64,000 nucleotides of DNA from assembly GCA_977017575.1 (NCBI GenBank), contig CDRNVI010000156.1, positions 248,001 to 312,000 of the forward strand. The letters are read 5' to 3'. Source of the stretch: Paramoeba atlantica. Taxonomy: Eukaryota > Protista > Discosea. The notes under the pieces are model-generated. The model searched no databases. It saw nothing but the letters and a program-made list of their open reading frames with translations, and was not told where the DNA came from. Every line of letters begins with the position of its first letter. Positions within the stretch are counted from its first letter, which is position 1. The translations under genes were made by a program, and so were the position numbers. This document shows positions 49,289-61,061 of this stretch, one piece after another.

Positions 49289-49850
49289 ATGGATGAAAGA
49301 ATCAAGATCACTGTCACAGGACCAAACACAGACTACAGTCCGAAAGTAAATGGTACCTTTTTACAAGTTGATGATTTTCTTAGAAATGGGAAGTACTGTT
49401 TTTCGAAACTTGAAGGAAAGGGACAGGTGAACAACATATTTCCCTTTTCTTCTTCCAGTTCTTTTTGTGATTTCCTCACAGTTTTTTTTAGCGTGGCATA
49501 GTTCAAGGAGCGATCTTCTTTGATGGAAAACATTGGAAAATTTCTTCAGTAGGAGAAGGAAAAACGGAAAAAGGTTGGGATTACAGGTATTTTATCTTTT
49601 GAAGAACCCTTTTGTACCATTTTTTTACTTGACAAAATACAAGCCAACTTCCAACCAACCCCGATGATTTGTTGCCTCCTTTTGGTCTTTGGGAAAAAAA
49701 CTTGGCAACCTCCGAATTCCCTGTCGATTACTCCAACTTTTTGGTTGAACTGGTTTCAAAATTCTTTTTCTTCATCGAGTGTTCAATTTGACAAAAATAA
49801 ATAATTGGACGAAACAGGAGGAAGTCTTTCTGAAGCCAGCGAAAAAGTAA
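49289..49850 (+). CDS. Small uncharacterised protein, tandem copy 1 (4 exons, ~125 aa)
   Basis: Spliced: MDERIKITVTGPNTDYSPKVNGTF...GKGQ/RGIVQGAIFFDGKHWKI...GWDYS/QLPTNPDDLLPPFGLWE...VEL/EEVFLKPAKK*. Confidence 0.75.
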
Positions 49851-50018
49851 ATAAACAACTAACTTAAGAATATCAATCGTCTCCCCAAAGTCATGCTCAA
49901 CCACCAAAACACAAAACAGAAAAAGACAAAAAGGGAAAAATTGGGTGAACTCAACGGTTTTGTTTGTTTCGTCTTTTCCCCTTTCTTCTCCGCCTTTTTT
50001 TGGTTGAGAAAAAAAAAG

Positions 50019-50597
50019 ATGGAAGAAGGAATCAAAATCACTGTCACAGGACCAAACACAGACAAGAGCCCAAAAGTAAATGGTATCTTTTTACAAGTTG
50101 ATGATTTTCTGAGAAATGGGAAGTACTGTTTTTCAAAACTCGAAGGAAAGGGACAGGTGAACAACAGATTTCCCTTTTCTTCTTCCAATTCTTTTTATGA
50201 TTTCCTCACAGTTTTTTTGAACAGGGTGGTGCACTTCAAGGAGCAATCTACTTTGATGGAAAATATTGGAAAATTTGTCAAGCAGGAGAAGGAAAGACAG
50301 AAACTGGATGGAATTACAGGTATTTTATCTTTTGTTACAGAAGAACCCTTTTGTACCTTTTTTTACTTGAACAAATCAAGTCAACTTCCTGCCAACCCCA
50401 ACCCTGCTGATTTGTTGCCTCCTTTTGGTCTTTGGGAAAAAAAATTGGCCACTTCTGAAAAACCTGAAGATTACTCCAACTTTTTGGTTGAAAGGGTTTC
50501 AAATTCTTTTTCTTCATCTTCAGTGTTCTATTACAAAAATAAAATTGAATGTTGTTCAAAACAGGAGGAAGTCTTTCTGAAGCCAGCGAAAAAGTAA
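50019..50597 (+). CDS. Small uncharacterised protein, tandem copy 2
   Basis: Spliced: MEEGIKITVTGPNTDKSPKVNGIF...GQ/GGALQGAIYFDGKYWKICQAGEGKTETGWNYS/QLPANPNPADLLPPFGLWE.../EEVFLKPAKK*. Intron 1 is 50157-50224. Confidence 0.75.
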   Translation: MEEGIKITVTGPNTDKSPKVNGIFLQVDDFLRNGKYCFSKLEGKGQVNNRFPFSSSNSFYDFLTVFLNRVVHFKEQSTLMENIGKFVKQEKERQKLDGITGILSFVTEEPFCTFFYLNKSSQLPANPNPADLLPPFGLWEKKLATSEKPEDYSNFLVERVSNSFSSSSVFYYKNKIECCSKQEEVFLKPAKK

Positions 50598-50803
50598 ATA
50601 AAACAACTAAGTTAAAATAGATCGATCATCTCCCTAAAGTCATGCTCACTCCCCCAAGTTGGGATCTGTTTGGTGGTCCTCCCCCATTCTCAATCCCAAA
50701 ACACAAAACAGAAAAAGACAAAAAGGGAAAAAAACTGTTTGAACAAATTTGTTTGTTTTGTCTTTCCCCTTTCTTCTCCGCCTTTTTTTGGTTGAGAAAA
50801 AAG

Positions 50804-51386
50804 ATGGAAGAAGGAATCAAGATCACTGTCACAGGACCAAACACAGACAAGAGCCCAAAAGTAAATGGTATCTTTTTACAAGTTGATGATTTTCTGAGAA
50901 ACGGGAAGTACTGTTTTTCAAAGCTCGAAGGAAAGGGACAGGTGAACAACAGATTTCCCTTTTCTTCTTCCAATTCTTTTTATGATTTCCTCACAGTTTT
51001 TTTTTGAACAGGGTGGTGCACTTCAAGGAGCAATCTACTTTGATGGAACCTATTGGAAAATTTGTCAAGCAGGAGAAGGAAAGACAGAAACTGGATGGAA
51101 TTACAGGTATTTTATCTTTTGTTACAGAAGAACCCTTTTGTCCCTTTTTTTTACTTGAACAAATACAAGCCAACTTCCTGCCAACCCCAACCCTGACGAT
51201 TTGTTGCCTCCTTTTGGTCTTTGGGAAAAAAAATTGGCCACTTCCGAAACACCTGAAGATTACTCCAACTTTTTGGTTGAAAGGGTTTCTATTTCTTTTT
51301 CTTCATCTTCAGTGTTCTATTACAAAAATAAAATTGAATGTTGTTCAAAACAGGAGGAAGTCTTTCTGAAGCCAGCGAAAAAGTAA
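50804..51386 (+). CDS. Small uncharacterised protein, tandem copy 3
   Basis: Same exon structure and an open spliced frame as copy 2. Confidence 0.75.
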
Positions 51387-51592
51387 ATAAAACAACTAAG
51401 TTAAAATAGATCGATCATCTCCTTAAAGTCATGCTCACTCCCCCAAATTGGGATCTGTTTGGTGGTCCTCCCCCATTCTCAATCCCAAAACACAAAACAG
51501 AAAAAGACAAAAAGGGAAAAATTGGGTGAACAAATTTGTTTTGTTTCGTCTTTTCCCCTTTCTTCTCCGCCTTTTTTTGGTTGAGAAAAAAG

Positions 51593-52167
51593 ATGGAAGA
51601 AGGAATCAAAATCACTGTCACAGGACCAAACACAGACAGGAGTCCAAAAGTAAATGGAATCTTTTTACAAGTCGATGATTTTCTGAGAAATGGGAAGTGC
51701 TGTTTTTCGAAATTTGAAGGAAAGGGACGGGTGAGCAACACAGATTTCCCTTTCTTCTTTCAGTTCTTTTTATGATTTCCTCACAACTTTTTTTAAAGGA
51801 TGATAAACTTCAAGGAGCAATCTACTTTGATGGAAAATATTGGAAAATTTGTCAAACAGGAGAAGGAAAGACGGCAACTGGATGGAATTACAGGTATTTA
51901 ATCTTTTGTTCCAGAAGAACCCTTTTGGACCTTTTTTTTACTTGAAAGAATACAAGCCAACTTCCTTCCAACCCTGATGATTTGTTACCTCCTTTTGGTC
52001 TTTGGGAAAAAAAATTGGCCACTTCCGAAACACCTGAAGATTACTCCAACTTTTTGGTTGAACTGGTTTCAAATTCTTTTCCCTCATCTTCCCCTCTGTT
52101 TGACAAAAATAAAATTGAATGTTGTTCAAAACAGGAGGAAGTCTTTCTGAAGCCAGCGAAAAAGTAA
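51593..52167 (+). CDS. Small uncharacterised protein, tandem copy 4
   Basis: Same exon structure; exon 2 begins DDKLQGAIYFDGKYWKI. Confidence 0.75.
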
Positions 52168-52377
52168 ATAAAACAACTAAGTTAAGAAGATCAGCTCCTT
52201 CAAGTGATGCTCAATCATCAAATGAGGATCTATTTTGTGGTTCTCCCCCATTCTCAGACCCCAAAACACCAAACACAAAACAGAAAAAGACAAAAAGGGA
52301 AAAAAACTGTTTGAACAAATTTGTTTGTTTCGTCTTTTCCCCTTTCTTCTCCGCCTTTTTTTGGTTGAGAAAAAAAG

Positions 52378-52945
52378 ATGGAAGAAGGAATCAAGATCAC
52401 TGTCACAGGACCAAACACAGACAAGAGTCCAAAAGTAAATGGTACCTTTTTACAAGTTGATGACTTTCTGAGAAACGGGAAGTACTGTTTTTCGAAACTT
52501 GAAGGAAAGGGACAGGTGAGCAACATATTTCCCTTTTTTTCTTCCAGTTCCTTTGTGATTTCCTCACAGTTTTTTTTGAACAGCGTGGTGAACTTCAAGG
52601 AGCAATCTTCTTTGATGGAACCCATTGGAAAATTTGTCAAGCAGGAGAAGGAAAAACGGAAGGTGGTTGGAATTACAGGTATTTTATCTTTTGAAGAACC
52701 CTTTTGGACCTTTTATTTACTTGAAAGAATGCAAGCCAACTTCCTACCAACCCTGATGATTTGTTACCTCCTTTTGGTCTTTGGGAAAAAAAATTGGCAA
52801 CCTCCGAAATCTCTGTCGATTACTCCAACTTTTTGGTTGAAAGGGTTTCAAATTCTTTTCCTCCCTTTTCAGTGTTCAATTAGACAAAATAAAATTGAAT
52901 TGTTCGAAACAGGAGGAAGTCTTCCTGAAGCCAGCGAAAAAGTAA
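52378..52945 (+). CDS. Small uncharacterised protein, tandem copy 5
   Basis: Same exon structure; exon 2 begins RGELQGAIFFDGTHWKI; ends KPAKK*. Confidence 0.75.
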
Positions 52946-53015
52946 ATAAAACAACTAAGTTAAGAAAATGTTCAATTGATGATGGTTTTAACTCTTCCCA
53001 AAAATGAATGATCAA

Positions 53016-56000
53016 TTAGCAAATGGGACCAGGTCCTCCAAATCCTCCACGTCCAAATGGAGAATTAAGATGAGGTCCATTCCCACCAAATCCATTTCCA
53101 CCACCACCACCACCAAAATCTCGATCTGGTTTTTGATTTCTCTTTGGGAAATCTGGAATCATCTGTTTCAGGTGATCTTTGTTCTCTTTTTCAATTTCCA
53201 TTCTCAATTGATCAGGAAGGCAGAATATCTTCTCATTTCTTTCATCTTTTAAAAACTTCTCCCTCTCTTTGGATTTCTTCTGGTCTGTTGCTTCTGTTTC
53301 AGTGGATTGAGCCTCCTCGTTTGTCAGATGGTCCCCACGAAATCGAGAATAAAAAAGGAGATAGGGTGTATCCGACTTGGAAGTAAGAATTGTCTTTTGA
53401 GTCAACTCAAAGGGATGTGAATAAACAGAAGAATCATTGTAACATTTCCAAGACCCTTCTTCTGATGTTGCGTTTGAAGAATTACAACCAAATGCATAAT
53501 AATGACCAGAGTGAGGAGTGGTTCCAACATGCATTACAATTCCATATAAGATATAGTGCTCTTCAACAATCTTCCAGGAAGAAAGGGATTGACTTTCTTC
53601 AGTTGGAGTGAGATTTGGTGGTCGCTGGACAACTGGGATCGTCAGAATCTTTGGGATCCGAATTCGAGTAAAATCTTTCATTCGTTCGCCACCCCTATTC
53701 TAAGAATTAGCAATGCCTGGTGATCATCAGTATTGATTTTAAAAAAAAAAGTCAAAAACCGATAAGCAAATCGAAGAAGTGTTAGCATCATGATTGGTGG
53801 GGAATCTGAGAGAAGAGTATCTCTCTCAGCATCAACATTTCGATCACATTTTTCACAGAAGTATTGGTTCTCTCCTAAAAAAAAATATTTGGGAAAGAAA
53901 AAAAAAAAACAGCAAAACAGAAATTACAGACCTGTAAGTACCTCGGGCTCAAAGAAGCGGAGTAAAAGATCTTGAAGAGAGACCCCTTCAAATAACGGAA
54001 CAGCGATATCATTAAATTTTTCTTCTTTTAACCTGGAATTCAATCAGTCACAGTCAAAAGTTGATTTTCAGGAAATTAAACGAGTAAAATACCTGACAGA
54101 ATGGCACTCTTGACATTTAACTCTCATCAATTGAGTACCTTCAAATGGTGAGACCAATGATTGGAATTGCTGATCGCAAAGTTCAAAAAAATTCCAAAAA
54201 ATCGAAAAAAGGGATAGGAAAAACCTTATTTTTTGAAGAACTTTTTGCTAAAGTGTCGCAATAATCAAGGAAATATTTAATATATTCACCTGCATCCTTT
54301 AGATATGGGCCATCAGCAGAAACTAAAAGGAGAAATAAAAAAGAAAAGAAATACTTGTTGATGAAACGAAACAAAGTGTGATGGCATCGCTCGAATAAGA
54401 GGAGTAGGGGGAATTACACTCCTCTTTAAACTGAAAGACAAGCGACCAAATAATTGTTGAATGGCTCGCATAAGCAAAAAAGATCTCTCTGTTTCTTCAC
54501 TATTTTTTTTGAAATCAGTTTGCGTTTGAGGCGTTCGTTCAGGAGCATAGGGATTTTCCAATTCATGTTGAGGGGATAAAGAAGAGAGACAATTTGGAGA
54601 TAATTGCGAAGGTGGTGAGGAAAAGTAATCATAATAAAGGATTGCATGGCGGACAGGGCTTGTTCTATGCAGGATCTGCATCACACTGAATTGGATAAAA
54701 GATCAGATAATTTTTTGGAATGAAATCGGGAATTCAGCAGAAAAAACCTATTAAAAAAACAAGTATTTCCGATATTAGAGATCCCCACATTCCCTAAAAA
54801 ACGATATTCCATCAGGAAAAAAATCAAGAAAAAGGCGAAGAGAACAAACCAGAGTTTTTCTCGAAAGATGAAGAATCAGGCTGTTGGAGGAATGACTCGA
54901 TTCCACCCACAAGGTCAGGTAATCGTATGGAACTTTTCTCAAAAGAAATAAGATCCGACTTTAAATCAGTCAATCTAAAATAAAAAGTAAGAAAAAGAAA
55001 ATTTATTTGACGCAAGAAAGAATGGTACCCAATTTCAGAAACAAGAATATGATTAAGATTAGCGACATCTAAGTATAAAAAGAACAAAAATGAGAAGAAA
55101 TAGAAGGGAAAGGAAGCCAAAAAAAACAAAACTGGAGTGAGAAGATGAAGTATAATGTCCAATCAAAGGAAACAAAATCGAGCCAAACTTCTCAAGAGTT
55201 TGCAAATATCCTAACTCGACAAAAAAAGGGGCACTTGTGATCTCAGATTTCATTGACGAAGCAAACAAAAACTCTTTCATTGTCATGACACCTTCAGATT
55301 GTGAGAAAAGTGGAAGAGAAAGAGTCTCTTCAAACCAATCCCCAATCCCACTCCATTCTCTCTTCGAAAGAAGGGATGTCGCATGGCAAACACAAAAAGG
55401 GTTTAATCCTGAAATAATTTTTTCCTTTCCTTCCTGAGCGAAGGAAGAAACCTTAAATTAAGAATCCAAAAAAAAAAGAAATCAATGCGAAATTACAAAC
55501 ATGATATAAAAACCGAAGAACTGATCCAAAGAGTGGTGCCAATGAAACAAACAAATACACTAAACAAAAAGAGATGTTACTAAAGGAACATAAATCCATT
55601 CTTTTTTTTTGAAAAGCAACCTGAACGAATTTGATGCAACAAAACCTCCAAGATTTTCAAAGCCCCTATCTTGAAATAAGAAACGAAAAGATAGAAAAGA
55701 TGAAAAGAAAAAAAAAAAGAAAACCTTTTCTCAGAGAAGGAAATAAGAGTTGGAGAGTCGCAGACACAATAATCTTCATTGCCACTTTTTCGACTACCTA
55801 AAAATGGTTTGAGGGAATCACATTTTAATTAAAAGATAAAATTGAAAAGAAAAAAAAAAGAAAAAACCTCAAAACGAGAATTTTTCAGCAGACCAGTCAA
55901 TAATGCATACAAAAGTCCGTTCTGTTCATTGACAGTCTGTTTTTCAGTGTTTTCGATTCCTTCTTTCGCAGAATCTTGTACACCACCTACCTCCTGATCA

Positions 56001-57538
56001 ATTTTGTGTTCTTCTGAGATCTGGTCTGGAGAGGGCGAGAGTATAAAGAGAGGCCAAGAGGAAATCAAATTCAAGAGATAACACACATTCCCTTCAGAAC
56101 TAAATTTTGTCCCTTTGAGTATTACTTGGTGTTATTATCATCCATCATAAGAATAAAAAGAATAAAATAAAAAGAATAAAAAAGAATAAAATAAGAATAA
56201 AATAAAAATAAAAAAGGATAAAAAGAACCTGATTTGGTTAAATTTCGTATAATTTTTTGTTGTACAGAGGGAACCAACATTGAAAAAAAAAGAGAGAATG
56301 ATTGACTAATTTCCCTTTCAGTGGAGAGTAAAATGGAGAGAACTTGAACTGCCACTCGAACCTCCTCTACACCATTCATCGAATTTGTCGGAAAGAGAGT
56401 AAAAGAGTCGAGATTGGAAGAAGGGGGGAAAGTTGAGGAGCAAGGTAAAAAAGAGAGACAATTTAAAGAAAGTAACTTGAAAGTCAGTTCCAAAAATTGA
56501 AAGAAAAGAAAAGCTCGATTTTCCCTTTCCTTTTCCTAAACCAAATTGAAAATCAGAAAAAGATATCATCAAACAAAAAGAAGAAATTCAAATGAACAGA
56601 ACCTCTTTGTCAAAGTGAAAAGAAGAAAATCGGCGCATCACCAATTCAATGACATCGCACCCTCCTGGTACACTCTTGTTTCTTTTTGTTATTGAGAGAA
56701 AGGCTCAAGAAAGAGAAAAAGGAAAAAGGAAAAAGGAAAAAAACCTCTGGGTGATTGACAAATAATCGAAGTAAGGAGACCTAAAAAAAGAAAAGAGATT
56801 AAGAAAAGATCCATTTTTGAATGGAAATGAGAATCAAAAATAACAAAAAGAAGAAGAAGAACCTGAAGAGAGATCTTTGGGACACTTGCAGCATCACTCC
56901 ACGATTTTGTTCGAACCAAAACACCAAGAGAGTCTTTCAACTTATTACAAACATTCTCTTGTTCTCTTTCTTTTGATTTTCTCAGATCAAGAAGAAAGGA
57001 GATGAAGTCAATGGCAAGGGAAGCACAAAGGAAACTCTTTTTTGCTCCTCGATTAAATATTGCTCCAATTTGATCTAAAAAAAAAAAAAAAGAAGTTCAC
57101 AACAAAAAATCTGAACTCTCTTTCCAAAGAAAAATAAAAGAAAAAAGAAAAAAGAAAAACCTGAAGTAATCATTCCCAGAAAAAGATCTTTCGAATCCTG
57201 ACAATCAGACAAAAATCGCACAACCTCTTGCCCACAAAGACGATAACAATCTTTTGTTTTGAGAACCTCCAACTCTTTCTCTTTCTCTTTTGTTTCGGAA
57301 GGAAGGAAAAGAGACCACGAGATTGAAGTTTCAAAAAAAGTTGCAATTGTTTTTGTTTGTTTAAAGAGCCCTTTCTTTTCTACAGCAGCCACAGTTCTCT
57401 TTACCAATAAAACCTATTTTTCTTTTCTCAATGAGTAAAAAAAAAAGAAATAAAATCAAGAACCAATTTGAGAAAAAGAAAAACCTTGATCTCAATTGCT
57501 TGCTCTGAAGCTAGAATCTTATCAAGAGAAGAAGCCAT
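53016..57538 (-). CDS. Ubiquitin-specific protease (C19), USP35/USP38-like; multi-exon
   Basis: N-terminus MASSLDKILASEQAIEIK resembles MDKILE.. of USP35/38. Cys box GISNIGNTCFFNS/VMQIL (~54750-54795); His box GIVMHVGTTPHSGHYY...YNDSSV...TPYLLFY; Gly-rich C-terminal tail. Confidence 0.85.
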
Positions 57539-57882
57539 AATCACTCCTTCTCTCTCCTCTCCTCTCCTTTTTCTTTCTCTTCTCTCTTCGACAGTTCTCC
57601 TCTTTATTGTCGAGAATCAACAATAAAGGAATAGTTTTCTTGTTCAAAGGAAAGGAAAAAAACAACAAAAGGCCCACCCACTTGGAAAATTGTAAAACCA
57701 CAACAAAACTTGTGATAAAATCCAAAAAGATAACCAAAAATATTGCAAAGTTTCCCAAAAAAACGAAAGAAAAAAGTTTTTTTGAAAGAAGATCGAAAAT
57801 TTTCAGAGAAACAATTTCTTTTTTGTTTTCAAATTATTTGTTGTTCGATTAAATAGTTGTTGTTCAAGATTTGTAAAATAAG

Positions 57883-58563
57883 TTATGTCTTTGTTTGGAA
57901 GGGAAAACAACAAAAGGCCAACTTCGCGATTTGTAAAACCGCTAAACTTGAGATAAAATCAAAAAGGATGCTTATCTCAAAATCCCACACTTCGAGATCT
58001 TTTTTGAAAATCAGAAAAAGAGCCACCAAGAATCCCAATCCAAAGAAAAGATAATTCAAAGTTTTTTTTTTGAACTTGAAGGCGAGGAAGACGGAAAAAA
58101 TTGAGGGGTAGATGGCCCTTAAATAAAAAAAAAGACAAAAAATAATTAGATCTGACCAGAAAAAGAAGGAAAAGAAGGAGATTTGAAAAAATGAGAAAAA
58201 ACAGGATTGATGGGTATTGGACGGGGTGCCCCAAATATTGGGCAAACAAAAAAGTCCAGAAAAGTAAGAAGCAGCATCTGATCAACAAATTGAGGCCTTC
58301 AGAAAAACAGGAGTGTGAATAAAAGGGGAAAAAAAGAGAGAGAAAGACGTACAATATTGTTTCTCTTCATCATTTTCTTTCTTTTTCTGTCCTGCAATCT
58401 CTTCTCTCAACTGTTCTCTCAGCTGTTCGATATTTCTTCTCTCTCTTTTCTCCTTTTGTGCAATCTCTTCTCGAAACTGTTCCTCCCTTTGCGCAATCTC
58501 TTCTCTCATCTCCTCTCTCATCTCTGCTCTAAGGAGTGCAATCTGTTGTTGGTCAACTGACAT
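57883..58563 (-). CDS. Small putative membrane protein with an N-terminal coiled coil; multi-exon
   Basis: MSVDQQQIALLRAEMREEMREEIAQ... followed, via plausible GT-AG introns, by hydrophobic exons (LLIRCCFLLFWTFLFAQYL; AIYPSIFSVFLAF...LFFGLGFLVALFLIF...). The exon model is tentative. Confidence 0.45.
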
Positions 58564-58908
58564 TTTGAATTCAAAATGAGGAAGGAAAACGAAAAAAGGC
58601 ACCAAAACACAACCACGTGTGGTGTGGGAGGGTGTGCCGGTGCGGACCGTTCTTTCTCTGTTTTCGTGTTGTAAAACCACAAAACACTTTTCCTTTTTTG
58701 CCGAAAATGGAAGGAGGGAACTTTTTTTCGAAACTCTGAATTGTTTCGAAAACAATTTTTTCGTATGTTTTTTTTTTCGGTATGTTTTTTTCTTGAGATA
58801 ATCCCAGAAAAAAACTTTTGATTTTGAGCTTTTGGTTATTATTTCACGCGGTTGTTGCGAGGAGTTTTGGACAACGCGTTGATCTCCTCACAAAAGCTTT
58901 TGGTTGTG

Positions 58909-60490
58909 ATGGATCCTGAGAAAATCTGTTCTGATGGGGCCAGTATGAGACTTGATATTCTTTTGGGACTTTTTCTCTTTTTCTCTTACTTTTATTTTTT
59001 TTTGAAGGAAATCCTCAACCTGTCTGTTTCACTTCCGTTGTCCTCTTTTGGGTGATGATCGCCATGAACGCATGTTGAACTCTCCCCCTTTCTCCGCTTA
59101 CCTCCAATTCTTCTCACGATTGAAAAGATAGGTCTCTTCATTTCTTGTTGCACCATTATGTATTATGCTTTGAGAACAGAAAAACAATGGAAAGTTACGA
59201 AATTCGTGAAGGTTCTTTTATCTTTTTCTCTTTTTTTTCAACATCAACAAATGAATGAGTTTTTCAACAAAAGTTTTTCAACAGGTCTTGATCCCCCTAC
59301 TCCCAACTTTTCGTTTAATTAACATGGCCATCATTGGCAAATACTTTTTTGTTCAGGTTGAATCGTGCTCTTCCTTTTTGAAATTTTTTTTTATTTATTA
59401 TTTAATTCACTCTGCTGATTCATTCTTCGAAGGATGGAAGGTATGCAGCCAACCAAAATATGTGGGCGATCGTCACTGGTGGGATCACTGGCTACATATT
59501 TATTTCTATTTATTCTCTCTTAGTGATCTTCTGGTAGGAGTTTTTGATGAACTTTTTTTGTCTGAAGTCTTCAAAGCCCAACACTCCCTCCTCCACACCC
59601 TTATTCACATCACACCCTTCTCATTCAAGGTTCCTTCTGTACAACATGGCCAACACAGAGAGATACAGGATTGTTCAAACAATGAAAAGGGTTGGTTGTT
59701 TTGAGTTTTTTAGGCTTCCTTTTTTCTCCTTCTTCTCTCATTTCATTTTTAGACCGCGATTGGATTGAACGTTCTGATGTACGGTATTTGGCTGACTCTC
59801 ATTATCCTGATGGCAACCTTGAATGAGAAAAAAGAGGTCAATTAAAATCTCATATATTTTCTTTTATTTTTCTTTTGAGATTGAAAAATCAATCCTCATT
59901 TCCCAAGGAGATTCATACTGTGGAAGCTTGTTATGCTGCAAGTTTGGACATCATTGTTGCGGTGGTATGTGTTTTTCATTTTTTTTGGGTTCTTTGGTTG
60001 TTGTTTTACGAATTCTTAAAAACGAAAAATAATAATCCTCTCAAGGCTTTTCTCCTTTTTGGGGGTCGACTTCATTTTCAACTCACTCGAATGTCGATAA
60101 TCTCTCCTGAGTCTCTAAAAATTGGACGAAAAGTTGGAGCGCTGACGATCATATGTGCGGTGGTGTTTTCTGCGAGATCAATCCTTCTCTTTCTCGACGT
60201 ATTTTATTTTTCAACAGCGATTGAGTTTATTGCATCAACAATTTGTTTCAACCTTCTTTGTGAGGTAAACATTTTTTTTGTTTTTTTTTTAAAAAAAAAA
60301 AGTTCTCTTTTTTTTGGTTCCTCTCTCTCACGGTTTTACTGGCAAGACTTTTCCAACTGTCCTGATCATGTTCATCCTCTCCGCTGAATATTTCCAGGCG
60401 TTTTCTTTTCCAAGAGCACAGGAGACCGAAGAAAGCGAACAGCTGGTTAACACACTCTCGAGCGAATTGTCATCATTCTCTTCCCACTAA
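58909..60490 (+). CDS. THH1/TOM1/TOM3-family (GPR137-like) multi-pass membrane protein; multi-exon
   Basis: FLLFGGRLHFQL...KVGALTIICAVVFSARSILL...E/TFPTVLIMFIL matches the TOM1-family pattern FL.YGGRL...VG.VT.IC..CF..R...E..P...LFIL. Confidence 0.7.
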
Positions 60491-60547
60491 AGAGGAGAAA
60501 ATTCTCCTTTTCAGAGAAAAGAAAAAAAGACAGGAAAGGAGGGGGGG

Positions 60548-60661
60548 GATCAGATTGGGTAAAGCTGGCCAAGTAACAAGGAATTTGGGGTGCCCAGCTC
60601 ATCAAGCATGAAAGTCTTGATGTTCCCGCTCATCATGTTGGTGTAGAACACCGGATGGATC
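60548..60661 (-). ncRNA. SNORD13: Box C/D snoRNA, U13/SNORD13/snR45-type (SSU rRNA helix-45 acetylation guide)
   Basis: Minus strand: GATCCATCCG...ATGATGA (box C, 60630-60636)...AGCTGG-GCACCC...CCTTGTTAC (60573-60581)...CCAGCT-TTACCCAATCTGA (box D, 60550-60553). Two elements are antisense to the SSU rRNA 3' end (GTAACAAGG and CGGA[A/T]GGATC), in the same layout as human U13. TATAAAAA lies upstream at 60713-60720. Confidence 0.8.
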
Positions 60662-61061
60662 TTTAAAAAAAAAAGAAAAAGAAAACTTTGTGACCTTGGA
60701 GGTCGATGAGTCTTTTTATATTTTTGGTCTATTTGAATTTGGTGTGAAAAAAAATACAAAAAAAACAACATTTTTTTGTGACGAATGACGTCGAGAGAAC
60801 GTTTTATTGGACGTATTTTGAATGTCAAAAAAAGAAAACGCTTTTTTGCGTTTCTAAAATTTTGCGCTCACAAAAACACACACAATTTTTGTTCTGTTTA
60901 TCACAACGGACCTCGGGAATTTTTCTCTTCTCTCCCTCCTCTCTTTCTCTTTCTCTCTCTCTCTCGACTTTGTCTCTTGAGAGGCTCAAATATTGGTGAC
61001 AATTCTCCCTCTAACAATTTGTTTCATCTTCTTTTTGTAACCTCATCTTCTGTGGAGGGAG

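Larger units (their letters stand above)
49289..52945 (+). repeat. Five-copy tandem gene array, period ~730-790 bp
   Basis: ATGs at 49289, 50019, 50804, 51593 and 52378; the spacers and introns are also homologous. Confidence 0.9.

Noticed and set aside
49893-50597. 234-aa unspliced ORF as the real product of the tandem gene
   Set aside because: The other four copies are not open in this reading. The spliced model is open and conserved in all five.
49289-52945. Possible CRISPR-like or satellite array
   Set aside because: The units are ~760 bp spliced protein-coding genes, not short repeats with unique spacers. No cas genes are present and the context is eukaryotic.
60570-60661. Fragment of the SSU rRNA 3' end on the + strand (GTAACAAGG...CGGATGGATC)
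   Set aside because: The two matches are ~75 nt apart instead of ~18 and the intervening sequence is not helix 45. They are better explained as antisense guide elements of a minus-strand snoRNA.
60550-60828. 92-aa minus-strand ORF
   Set aside because: It has no recognisable protein features, crosses poly-T promoter sequence and overlaps the structured snoRNA.
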